Part shown: positions 41,249-49,864 of the stretch, piece after piece
Position numbering within the stretch: the stretch's first letter is position 1
How the letters are laid out: each line of letters starts with the position of its first letter
DNA from: an uncultured Candidatus Rokubacteria bacterium
GTDB taxonomy: Bacteria > Methylomirabilota > Methylomirabilia > Rokubacteriales > CSP1-6
Length of the DNA stretch: 64,000 nt
Assembly: GCA_963754315.1 (NCBI GenBank)
Contig: CAVWFS010000001.1
Location: forward strand, 320,001 to 384,000
Direction of reading: 5' to 3'
Position numbers and translations under genes: made by a program
Notes under the pieces: model-generated
Database searches by the model: none
Told to the model about the DNA's origin: nothing
What the model saw: the letters and a program-made list of their open reading frames with translations, nothing else

Positions 41249-42351
41249 ATGACAGTATGGCGAAGGTGGATGGCGGCGGCCGCCGGGCTCGCGCTGGCGG
41301 GGGCCGTGGTGTTACCGGCGCCGGCGTTGGCGCAGTCGCCCACGCCGGTTCCGGTTCGGACCGAAGTCCAGCAGGCTCAAGCGCAGCCGGCACCGCCTCC
41401 GGCGCCCCCCCCAAGCCCGGCTCAGGTCCAGACGGAGGGCCCGGCGGCGCCTGCGGTGCCGGCACCGCCTCCGGACCCCCGCCCCCCCCGCCCCCCCCGA
41501 GCCCGGCCCAGGTCCAGACAGAGGGACCGGCGGCGCCCGCGGCGCCGGCCCCGGAGGCAGCGCCGAACACGGGCCGCGTCTCGCTGACCCTGGGGGCCGA
41601 CTGGGCCTCGGCATACTACTTCCGGGGCATCGCGACGACGCAGAACGGCGGCAACAACGTGCAGCCGTACGGGGAGATCGGGTTTCGCCTGCTGGAGAAC
41701 ATGGGCCCGCTGACATCGCTGCACGTGTCGCCGGGCGTCTGGAACAACTGGCACTACGGCGGGGGGCTGCTGGTGGAGCCGTCGGATCCGAACTTCTGGA
41801 CGGAGGCGGATATCTATTTGAAGGTCAACGCCGTGTGGTGGGAGGTCCTCTCGACGTCGGTGACTTACACCTACTACACCAGTCCCAACAACACCTTCAC
41901 CAGTTATTCCGACGTGGGGCTGGGCTTCGCGCTGAGCGATTCGAAGTGGCTAGGGGGCTTTGCCCTGAACCCGTCGCTGCTGTTTGCCTTCGAGACGACG
42001 GGGGAAGCGCTGGTGGCAGACGGCAAGAAGGGCATCTACATGGGGATCGGCCTGGCCCCGGGCTACACGTTCTTTGCCGACTCGTCGTTTCCCGTGAACA
42101 TCAGCACGCCCATGACCTTCGGCTTCAGCCTCAAGGACTACTACACGGTGAACGGGGTGAACCAGACGTTCGGGTTCTTTTCGGGCGGGCCGCTGATTAC
42201 CCTGCCTCTGAAGTTCATACCGAACACCCTCGGGAATTGGTCGTTCAAAGCGGGCGTGCAGTTCTTGGTGCTGAACAGCAATCTCAAAGCGGTCAACACG
42301 AACGACGGCTTCGTGCCGATCGGGTCGGTCGGCCTGTCGCTGACCTACTAA
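41249..42351 (+). CDS. Exported beta-barrel-like protein (TorF-like putative porin) with Pro-rich N-terminus; frameshift in the C tract at ~41480-41500
   Basis: Signal peptide MTVWRR...ALA; SAYYFRG, EADIY, YTYYT; terminal aromatic residue (SLTY). Confidence 0.65.
41415..41537 (+). repeat. Coding direct repeat (PSPAQVQTEGPAAP x2)
   Basis: gcccggc(t/c)caggtccagac(g/a)gaggg(c/a)ccggcggcgcc at ~41415 and ~41501. Confidence 0.8.
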
Positions 42352-42378
42352 CGGTGGCGCGAAGCGTGAGGCAACACT

Positions 42379-42705
42379 GTGGCGGAAGAATCTGACCGTA
42401 GCGAAGGCTCGGCCGCTCTTGGCGCACTGACGCGCTTGATCACCAATGCAATTCCACCGCTCATCGACCAGTTGGCCACCTCGCGGCCGGGGAGGGTCTA
42501 TCGTGATGCCATCGCCCTTCTCGAGCGCCCCCTGCTGGCGCATGTCCTCGCGGTGACGGGCGGGAACCAGTTGCGGGCCGCTCGTCTTCTCGGGCTCAAT
42601 CGCAACACGCTGCGCAAGCGCTGTCGTGAGCTAGAGCTCCCGCTGCCTCGCGCGCCACGCCGCGAGGTGGGCAACGCCCAGCCCCTGATTCCCGGCGCCC
42701 GCTGA
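42379..42705 (+). CDS. Stand-alone Fis/NtrC-type helix-turn-helix protein
   Basis: LERPLL..VL..TGGNQLRAARLLGLNRNTLRKR. Confidence 0.85.
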   Translation: MAEESDRSEGSAALGALTRLITNAIPPLIDQLATSRPGRVYRDAIALLERPLLAHVLAVTGGNQLRAARLLGLNRNTLRKRCRELELPLPRAPRREVGNAQPLIPGAR

Positions 42706-42714
42706 GGGAGCCAA

Positions 42715-42749
42715 CCGAGGTCAGGCTCGCTGCCCGAGCCTGACCTCGG
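42715..42749 (+). terminator. Perfect 15-bp stem-loop after the nitrogen operon
   Basis: ccgaggtcaggctcg-ctgcc-cgagcctgacctcgg; no strong U tract. Confidence 0.55.
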
Positions 42750-42846
42750 GCAATCCTCTGTTTCTAGCCTGGGCCGCGAACACAACGAGCTACCGGCGCG
42801 TCGTACCAACAGGAGCGCCGAGCTCATGCAGGGCCGGGGCTTCCCC

Positions 42847-42875
42847 TTGACATATACTCAACTTATGTTTAGTGT
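42847..42875 (+). promoter_or_regulatory. Sigma70 promoter with embedded palindrome
   Basis: TTGACA-17 nt-TAGTGT; ACATA-N9-TATGT at 42850-42868. Confidence 0.65.
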
Positions 42876-42909
42876 AAGACCTCCCAGCCGATGGGGAGTG
42901 GAGGTACCC

Positions 42910-43201
42910 GTGAACACGATGGAACGATTTCTCCACGAGGAGATCAACCGGCTCATGGATCGTCTGGCCGCCACGATGCCCGACAGCAGCATCGAGCGCA
43001 TGCGTGGCGCGAATCCCGACGCTCTCCCAGCGCCTCGACGAGATGGACGCGACCTTGGCGGGAATCAGGACTTCGCTGCTGGAAGGTTACGGCCGGTGGG
43101 GGCGAGCGCTCGACGACCTCGAGAATCTGTGGGCGCTGGCGGCCTGGCGGTCAGCCACGTCCGAAGAGACGCCGGAAAAGCCCGCTGCTCTCGCGGCCTG
43201 A
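42910..43201 (+). CDS. Small helical hypothetical protein, frameshift near 43010
   Basis: RBS ggagg; MERFLHEEINRLMDRL continues in another frame as LSQRLDEMD...LENLWALAAW. Confidence 0.5.
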
Positions 43202-43588
43202 GGCTCGCTCGGCGGCATAGTCGGTGCGGATCGCATCGAACCGCTGCCAATAGTCGGGCAATTCGCGCGCGAGAGCGACCTGAACCGCCATCAGCTTCTC
43301 GACGGGCTCAGCAGCGTTCCGCTCCACCTGAGTGATCTTGCTGCGAAGACTGTCGTCGAGCGGGGCCACCAGATGCGTCTGCAGTCGGGTGAGCAGCTGG
43401 CGGACAATCTGGTCGAACTCGGCACGATCGTCATCGCGATCGGCCGCCGGGGCCGGTAGACCCTGAGACCGGCGCACGTTCACCAAAATGTCCAGGCACG
43501 CTACCTCCACGGCCTCTTCGATACGCTGGCGGATCCCTGCGCTGATGCGAGTGGCCAGATCCCCGGCTTCTGGGTCGCGAAAAGGCAT
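43151..43588 (-). CDS. Hypothetical protein
   Basis: 145-aa helical ORF directly downstream of the epimerase gene; coding-like composition. Confidence 0.6.
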   Translation of the reverse strand: MPFRDPEAGDLATRISAGIRQRIEEAVEVACLDILVNVRRSQGLPAPAADRDDDRAEFDQIVRQLLTRLQTHLVAPLDDSLRSKITQVERNAAEPVEKLMAVQVALARELPDYWQRFDAIRTDYAAERASGRESSGLFRRLFGRG

Positions 43589-43600
43589 AGGCAGTGACGG

Positions 43601-44506
43601 TCAGGCGAACAGCCGCTCCAGCCCAGCCTTGAGGGGGACCGGATTCAACTTGAAGGCCTTGAAGAAGGGCGCGGGATCGCAGGTATTGTCCTCGGCCAGC
43701 ATGGCAATCTGGTCCGTCGTCAGCGGGAAGGCGGGTATTGTCTGTAACACGGTGGCGAGCGTGCGCATCAGCGCGATGGGCACGTGGACCTTCCTCACGT
43801 GCCGGCGACCAAGAGCCTGCCCGATTGCGTCGAGCAGTTCGATCATCGAGACAGCATCGGGTCCGCCCACCTCGTAGATCTGCTTGATGGTCTCGGGCCG
43901 CGAAAGCGCGCGCTGAAAGCCTTCGGCGACGTGCTCGACGACGATGGGCTGGAGCTTCTGTCGGCCTTCCCCGACGACGGGGACCACGGGGAGGCGCCGA
44001 ATCATCCCCGCTAGCATCGAGACCAACGCGTCGCCCTTTCCATAGATGATGGACGGCCGGAAGATCGTCCAGGGCAGCGCGCTCGCCCGCACGGCCTCCT
44101 CGGCCAGCCACTTGGTCTGGTGATATCGTGAGCGCCCATTTGCCGAGGCCCCGAGGGCGCTCATGTGCAGATAGCGACGCACACCAGCCGCCGTGGCCGC
44201 CCCGAGGACGTTCAGGGTGCCGTCCACGTGGATGTGCTCGAAGGTGATGCCACGGTGAGGGTGCTCGCGGATGATGCCGACCAGATGCACCACCGCATCG
44301 CAGCCACCCATGCCCTCGTCGAGGCTCTGGCGGACGAGTACATCCCCCTCGACCCGCTCGATGGCCTCCTGACCGCGTAGGTCGTGCTCGGAGCCCCGCC
44401 GGACCAGACAGCGAACCTTGAATCCCTCCGCCCGCAACGCGTGGATGACCACCCGGCCCACGAACCCGGTGGCCCCGGTCACGAACACCGTCTGGACGGC
44501 ACCCAC
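43601..44506 (-). CDS. NAD-dependent epimerase / complex I NDUFA9-like SDR
   Basis: VFVTGATGFVG, VHLVGII, HMSALGA, Y..TK, IFRPSIIYG; GTG 44506 lies 6 nt after TATGAT. Confidence 0.9.
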   Translation of the reverse strand: MGAVQTVFVTGATGFVGRVVIHALRAEGFKVRCLVRRGSEHDLRGQEAIERVEGDVLVRQSLDEGMGGCDAVVHLVGIIREHPHRGITFEHIHVDGTLNVLGAATAAGVRRYLHMSALGASANGRSRYHQTKWLAEEAVRASALPWTIFRPSIIYGKGDALVSMLAGMIRRLPVVPVVGEGRQKLQPIVVEHVAEGFQRALSRPETIKQIYEVGGPDAVSMIELLDAIGQALGRRHVRKVHVPIALMRTLATVLQTIPAFPLTTDQIAMLAEDNTCDPAPFFKAFKLNPVPLKAGLERLFA

Positions 44507-44577
44507 GAACCAATCATACTCCTGGCTACGCCCGCAAACCTTCAATCTAGCGCGGGCTTAGGGGTGCGTAGGCCGGG

Positions 44578-45291
44578 CTAGAACCGCGTGACGAGATCGA
44601 CGAGCCAGTCGGGCATGCGGTCGACCAGCCAGGCTTCTATCGTCTTGTCGATGCCACTCAGAGTCAGCAGCCCGACCAGCAGCAGGAGCATCCCCATCAG
44701 GGGTGTGCCGATGGCGGCCACGCGCGCGAGCGATAACTCGCGCGCAGCCAGCAAGTGACGCGATCCGTAGGCCACCGCCAGCACAGGCACGACCGCGCCC
44801 ATTCCGAAGGACAGCATGACTGCCCCCGCGCGCACGAGGTCCTGGCTACGCGCGGCCAGGGTGACGGCGGCGGCGAGGGTGGGGCCTGTGCAGGGCAGCC
44901 ACACGGCACCCAGCAAGAGGCCCAGCACGAACTGACCGCCCAGCCCCGGTGAACGTCGCTCCGTCAACGTGCCTGCCCCACGCACCAGCGGCCCCGCTGC
45001 CCGAGCCGCGATCTCCTGGAGCGGCGGTACGAGAAGGACGAGGCCCACGAGCAGCATCAGACTCGCGGCCGCCGTTCGGGCAAGGTCGCGGTCGACCGCG
45101 GTGGCGAACCCGAGAGATGCGAAAACGAGCCCCGTGAGGGTGGACATCAGAACAAGGCCGGCGGCGAGCGCCACTGGGCCGTGGCGATGACGCTGCAACG
45201 CACTCGCCACCACGATGGGCAGAAGCGGAAGAACGCAAGGTGAGAGCACCGAGAGGGTGCCGGCGAAGAAGCCGAGAACAGCGGCGCCCAT
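44578..45291 (-). CDS. ccdA: CcdA/DsbD-type transmembrane electron transporter
   Basis: LSPCVLPLLP and WLPCTGPTL redox cysteine motifs; ~6 TM helices. Confidence 0.9.
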   Translation of the reverse strand: MGAAVLGFFAGTLSVLSPCVLPLLPIVVASALQRHRHGPVALAAGLVLMSTLTGLVFASLGFATAVDRDLARTAAASLMLLVGLVLLVPPLQEIAARAAGPLVRGAGTLTERRSPGLGGQFVLGLLLGAVWLPCTGPTLAAAVTLAARSQDLVRAGAVMLSFGMGAVVPVLAVAYGSRHLLAARELSLARVAAIGTPLMGMLLLLVGLLTLSGIDKTIEAWLVDRMPDWLVDLVTRF

Positions 45292-45319
45292 GCGGGCTCA
45301 GGCCTGCTCCTGGCGGTCG

Positions 45320-45706
45320 CTACAAGGACGCTTCGAAGACCTTGCGGATCTCCTCGGGACGACCATCGTTCACCGAACGGGCCCGCTCCTTCTTGCCCTT
45401 GAAGGCGAGGACGGTGGCCTGATGATGCACGTCCAGTTGCCGCAGCACATTCTTGCTGGAGTCGAAGTCGACGCGGAACACGGCGACCTTGGCGAACGCG
45501 GGCTCGGTCGAGAGCCTATCCACGATAGGCTTCTGCTTCCTGCAGACCGGTCACCACGGAGCGTGGACCTCGACCACGATGCTCTGGTCGGCCTCCTGCG
45601 CGGCAGCGAAGGCCTTCGCATCGAACGGCTTCACCTCGTCCGCACGCGCGGGGGCAGGGACGAAGCCGAGAGCGAGGGCTCCGAGGATCAGGCGTCGGCG
45701 TTGCAT
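45320..45706 (-). CDS. Exported thioredoxin, probable selenoprotein (U52, WUPVC)
   Basis: ORFs 45551-45751 and 45320-45523 are in frame; TGA 45553-45551 in VHAPW-U-PVCRKQKP; signal peptide MQRRRLIL...ARA; FRVDFD, FKG.KE.AR. Confidence 0.88.
45513..45531 (-). promoter_or_regulatory. Candidate bacterial SECIS hairpin
   Basis: agcctatc-GTG-gataggct, perfect 8-bp stem; loop begins 28 nt after the UGA. Confidence 0.6.
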
Positions 45707-45811
45707 GTGGCTTCCTTTCCGGCCTTGCGGCCAACGGACTTCTCCACGCACCTACTATGGCATCGGCCCCCCACGAGTTGTCATCAAGATGTGAAAGAGC
45801 GCCCCGCTCTC

Positions 45812-46156
45812 TCATCCACCATGGGGCCTAGACTGGCCTGCTGTCATCTGGGTCTGGGCAGGGCGCACCGCGCAGCTAGTGAGGGCGCCCCACGTGGCGA
45901 CGCAAAACGGGACCATGAAGGTCAGCGGTATCTTCCAGAGCAGCGCCTCCGTCCACGGTCTGAGAAGCAGGGAGTCCCCCTGATTGATGATGGTGAGCAC
46001 GGTGCCCACCACGAGCGCCACGCGCAACGAGCGTCCCAGCATCGGCCGATGTCTCAAGGAACAGGCGCGACACTTTGCGATGTCACCCGTTGCGGACGGA
46101 AACCGAAAGCTCGTGCTCACGCCGAGTGCCCGGCCACAGCGAGCACACACCTTCAT
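45812..46156 (-). CDS. NrtS-like small membrane protein with N-terminal CxxC...CxxC
   Basis: VALVVGTVLTIINQGD...LTFMVPFCVATWG resembles the NrtS family. Confidence 0.7.
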   Translation of the reverse strand: MKVCARCGRALGVSTSFRFPSATGDIAKCRACSLRHRPMLGRSLRVALVVGTVLTIINQGDSLLLRPWTEALLWKIPLTFMVPFCVATWGALTSCAVRPAQTQMTAGQSRPHGG

Positions 46157-46307
46157 CGTTCACATCCTCCAGGCCCTCCCGCGCGACTGGTCAGGAGATG
46201 TTGTTGGCCGCCTCTAGGGGCGCGCCGTTCAGCAGAGTTCGGCCGGTGATGCGCACTGGCTTGAGGAGCGCCTGCATGACGAAGCACCCCCGCCCTCGCG
46301 CTTGATA

Positions 46308-46961
46308 TCAGGAACCGCGCAGCCCCTTGAGGATTTTCACCGTGTGGGCTGGCTCCGAGCGCCGTGTGTAGTCGGGATCGGCATCGACCGCACGGATGAT
46401 GCCCTGACGATCAATGACGAACCGGGCAGGGATAGGCAGCCGCCAGGTGCCATCGCCATTGCCCCGCGCCAGGTCGATGCCGAACTTGACGTAGATCTCG
46501 CGCAGGTCGTCGGGCAGGGTGAAGACTAGGCCATACGCCTCGGCCACCTTGTTGCCGAAGTCGCGGAGCATCGCGAACGGCAGCGGCCTGGCTTCCTCCG
46601 TCTCGCGGGGCGTGCGGGCCACCTGGGGCGAGATGACGGCGAGGGTGGCACCGGCGGCAGTGATCTGGGGCAAGGCCTCTCGCAGAGCTTCCAGCTCCGC
46701 GTTGCAGTACGGTCACCAACGACCGCGATAGAACGACAGCACCACGGGCCCAGTAGCTCGTAGCTCAGCCAGACTGACCGACTGGCCGTCAGCTCCGGGC
46801 AAGGTGAAGTCCGGGGCCGCCTGCCCGACCCGGGCCACCCTGTTCATCATGCCGGAGGCTCGGAGATCCGCGATGCTGCGCTCCATGATCGTCCGCGCTT
46901 CCGGGGGGATCCGCGTCTTGGCCATCTCCCGTATTGCGTCGAGCTTTTCACCGAGCGCCAT
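46308..46961 (-). CDS. Peroxiredoxin-like AhpC/TSA family protein, probable selenoprotein (U83, WUPYC)
   Basis: APDFTLP...GPVVLSFYRGRW-U-PYCNAEL; TGA 46715-46713; continues VAISPQ, D.GN.VA.AYGL, LPIPARFVID. Confidence 0.9.
46681..46701 (-). promoter_or_regulatory. Candidate bacterial SECIS hairpin
   Basis: cgcggagct-GGA-agctctgcg, 9-bp stem; loop begins 21 nt after the UGA. Confidence 0.6.
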
Positions 46962-47049
46962 GGCACCCTCCTCGCGTCGATTCAATGCCGCGGTGGAGGC
47001 CCCTGAAGCCACGCACGATTCCGCGGCTATCCCTCTCAAGCGACCGTAC

Positions 47050-47235
47050 CATGGCATCAAGCCCGCGGTGGTCCGCGCCCAGAAAGCGGGAGAAATCGAT
47101 GCCGCACGGAACCCACGCGCGCTGGCTCGATTTCTGACGAGCAGTGCCCGGGGACTGTCCATCATGGCCAAGGCCTCGCCCGATTGCGTCGTTCTCGAGG
47201 ATATTGTCCAGGTAACCCTGGCAGCGCTCGAATGA
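47050..47235 (+). pseudogene. C-terminal remnant of a TetR-family regulator
   Basis: RAQKAGEIDAARNPRALARFL..SARGLSIMAK...LEDIV is typical of TetR C-terminal domains; no HTH upstream. Confidence 0.6.
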
Positions 47236-47279
47236 CGGTGCGCGTTCCGGGCCCGACCGTACTACCTTAGTACCACGCG

Positions 47280-48608
47280 ATGTTTTACGGCTGGTACGTC
47301 GTCGGAGGAGCTTTCCTGGTCGCCGTGTGGGCGTGGGGTCTCGCGTTCTACGGGCTCGGGATCTACCTCGTCGCCCTCAGCCGCGAACACGGCTGGTCGA
47401 TCTCGGCGGTCTCGATCGCGATCACCGCCTATTACCTGATGGGGGCGGCCGTCACGGCCACCATCGGACACGTCATGCGTCGGCTGGGGCCGCACCGCAC
47501 GGTGGCGGCCGGGGTCATCGCCATGGCCGCTGGTGTGGCGAGCCTCGGCGCGATCGACCAGCTGTGGCAACTGTATCTTGCCCTGGCGAGCATGGCGGTC
47601 GGCTGGGCTGCCATGAGCGGCGCCGCGATCAATATCCTGCTCGCGCCCTGGTTCGAACGACGTCGGGGTGTGGCCGTGAGCCTGGCGCTGACCGGGGCCA
47701 GCGGCGGCGGCATCATCGTGGCCCCGGTGCTGCTGATCCTCATCGCTCATCTGGGCTTCACGCCGACACTGCGGCTCGTCGCCGCGGTGATGGTTCTCAC
47801 ACTCGTGCCTGTCGCAGCCGTCGTGTTCCGCCGGACGCCGGCGCAGCTCGGTCTCGGACCCGATGGCGATCCAGCACCATCCACCGGAGCGGTATTGGCG
47901 CCGGCGGCGCGGCCGCCGTGGCAGTCCGGCGTGCTCCGGACGCGGCGCTACTGGACCATCTCCATCGCGTTCGCGGCTGGCCTCGCGGCTCAGGTCGGCG
48001 TGCTGACCCACCTGGTATCTCACCTGACGCCCTTGCTCGGAGCGGCCGGCGCGGCCAGCGCCCTCGGCATCACGACGGCCGCCGCCATCGCGGGCCGGGT
48101 GCCGATGGGAGCCCTGGCCGACCGCATGGACCGGCGGCCGATCGCCGCCATCAACTTCCTCCTCCAGGTGGCCGGCATCGCACTGCTCGCGCTCGCCTCG
48201 TCGAGCATTGTCATCTATGCGGGCTGCGTGCTCTTCGGCCTCGGTGTGGGCAACGTGATCACCTTGCCCGGGCTGCTCGTCGAGCAGGAGTTCCCGCGCG
48301 AGCAGTTCGCGGGCATCGTGAGCCTGATCACGGCGACCAACCAGCTTGCCTTCGCCTTCGCGCCCGGCCTGATCGGCCTGCTGCGGGACGCGACCGGGAG
48401 TTACGGATTGGCGCTGGCGCTCTGCGCTGTGGTCGATCTGGTGGCCGCAGTCGTCGTCCTCGGCCTGGCGCGAAAATCGCGGCGGAACGCAGCGCCATCG
48501 GGCCTGGCCCTGCGCCCGAACTGCGAATGCTGCGATCGCGATCTTCCGCCCGACTCGCCCGATGCTCCGGCCAGGCTCCGTACCTCGCCCGGGCGGGCCA
48601 GTGTCTAG
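47280..48608 (+). CDS. MFS transporter (OFA-like) with a fused DUF1272 fragment
   Basis: FYGWYVV, WFERRRGVA, G.LADR, TGSY; tail LALRPNCECCDRDLPPDS. Confidence 0.85.
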   Translation: MFYGWYVVGGAFLVAVWAWGLAFYGLGIYLVALSREHGWSISAVSIAITAYYLMGAAVTATIGHVMRRLGPHRTVAAGVIAMAAGVASLGAIDQLWQLYLALASMAVGWAAMSGAAINILLAPWFERRRGVAVSLALTGASGGGIIVAPVLLILIAHLGFTPTLRLVAAVMVLTLVPVAAVVFRRTPAQLGLGPDGDPAPSTGAVLAPAARPPWQSGVLRTRRYWTISIAFAAGLAAQVGVLTHLVSHLTPLLGAAGAASALGITTAAAIAGRVPMGALADRMDRRPIAAINFLLQVAGIALLALASSSIVIYAGCVLFGLGVGNVITLPGLLVEQEFPREQFAGIVSLITATNQLAFAFAPGLIGLLRDATGSYGLALALCAVVDLVAAVVVLGLARKSRRNAAPSGLALRPNCECCDRDLPPDSPDAPARLRTSPGRASV

Positions 48609-48687
48609 CAGGGAGAGGACAACCGTCCACGGTGGAAGGGCTCGACCGGGGACGGCGCCGAATCACCTGAGCCCTGAGGAGAGTCCG

Positions 48688-48960
48688 ATGAATAAGACCA
48701 GCCTGTTTGTCGCATCGGCGGTGGCAGCCGCCCTTACCATGCCCTTCGTGTCCATCGCCCAGGGCGGGCCCGCTCCGAAGCCCAAGTTCGATGCCGAGAA
48801 GTGCTACGGCATCGCCAAGGCCGGCAAGAATGACTGCCAGACCGCGAACTCGTCCTGCGCAGGAACCTCGAAGCGCGATCGCCAGGCGGACGCCTGGATC
48901 TACATGCCGGCTGGCTCGTGTGGCAAGGTCGTGGGGGGCAGCACCCAGCCCAAGGCCTGA
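48688..48960 (+). CDS. Bufferin-type RiPP precursor (DUF2282, BufA1-like)
   Basis: Signal peptide; EKCYGIAKAGKNDC...SCAG...W...PAGSC.K..GG with four Cys; RBS gaggag. Confidence 0.9.
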   Translation: MNKTSLFVASAVAAALTMPFVSIAQGGPAPKPKFDAEKCYGIAKAGKNDCQTANSSCAGTSKRDRQADAWIYMPAGSCGKVVGGSTQPKA

Positions 48961-48994
48961 TTCCATCAGCTTCCGGAAATGGCGGAGGGGTGTC

Positions 48995-49864
48995 ATGACC
49001 TCGGACGTACCAGGGAGGAGCGCTCGGGCCGGAATCGGGCTGCGGGCGCCCCACCTCGCCACGATCCTGGCTGCCCGTCCAGCCGTTCCCTGGTTTGAGG
49101 TCCACGCCGAGAACTACATGGGGGGTGGGGGACCGGCGCTACGAGCCCTGCAGGAGATCCGCCGGGACTATCCGATCTCCTTGCATGGAGTCGGCCTGTC
49201 GCTGGGAAGCGCCGATGATCTTGACGGGCATCACCTCGGGCGCCTCCGGGCGCTGACCGACCGCTTCGAGCCCGTCCTCGTGTCGGAGCATCTGTCGTGG
49301 AGCATCGCGGGCAACGTCTATTTCAATCATCTGCTCCCGCTGCCGTACGACGAGGAGAGCCTCGACACCGTGGTCCGCCACGTGGCCCAGGCGCAGGACA
49401 TCCTGCAGCGTCGCCTCCTGATCGAGAACCCCTCGAGCTATGTGCGCCTTGGCCACTCGACGATGACGGAGCTCGAATTCCTCACCGAGCTCGTCCGTCG
49501 TTCAGGGTGTGGCCTCCTGTGCGACGTGAACAACGCGTATGTCACGTGCACGAACTTCGGCCAGGATCCGGTCGCCTACCTCGAATCCATCCCGGCTGCC
49601 GCCGTGGGCGAGATTCATCTGGCCGGACACACGCGCAACGAGGCCGACGGCGTGATCATCCTGATCGACGATCACGGGTCGCGGGTGGCGGCCCCGGTCT
49701 GGCAACTTTACGAGCTGGCCATCGCCCGTTTCGGCCCGGTGCCCACCCTGGTCGAGTGGGATACGAACATCCCGGAGCTCGCCGTCCTGATCGACGAGGC
49801 CGCCAGGGCTGAGCGAAGCCTGTGCGCGCCACACCCAGGTGAGTACGGTGCGGCCGCTCGGTGA
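48995..49864 (+). CDS. MNIO family RiPP maturase (DUF692, BufB-like)
   Basis: GIGLR.PH, FEVHAENYM, SLHGVGLSLG, SEHLSW, IENPS, DVNN, EIHLAGH, DDHG, VEWD. Confidence 0.93.
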   Translation: MTSDVPGRSARAGIGLRAPHLATILAARPAVPWFEVHAENYMGGGGPALRALQEIRRDYPISLHGVGLSLGSADDLDGHHLGRLRALTDRFEPVLVSEHLSWSIAGNVYFNHLLPLPYDEESLDTVVRHVAQAQDILQRRLLIENPSSYVRLGHSTMTELEFLTELVRRSGCGLLCDVNNAYVTCTNFGQDPVAYLESIPAAAVGEIHLAGHTRNEADGVIILIDDHGSRVAAPVWQLYELAIARFGPVPTLVEWDTNIPELAVLIDEAARAERSLCAPHPGEYGAAAR

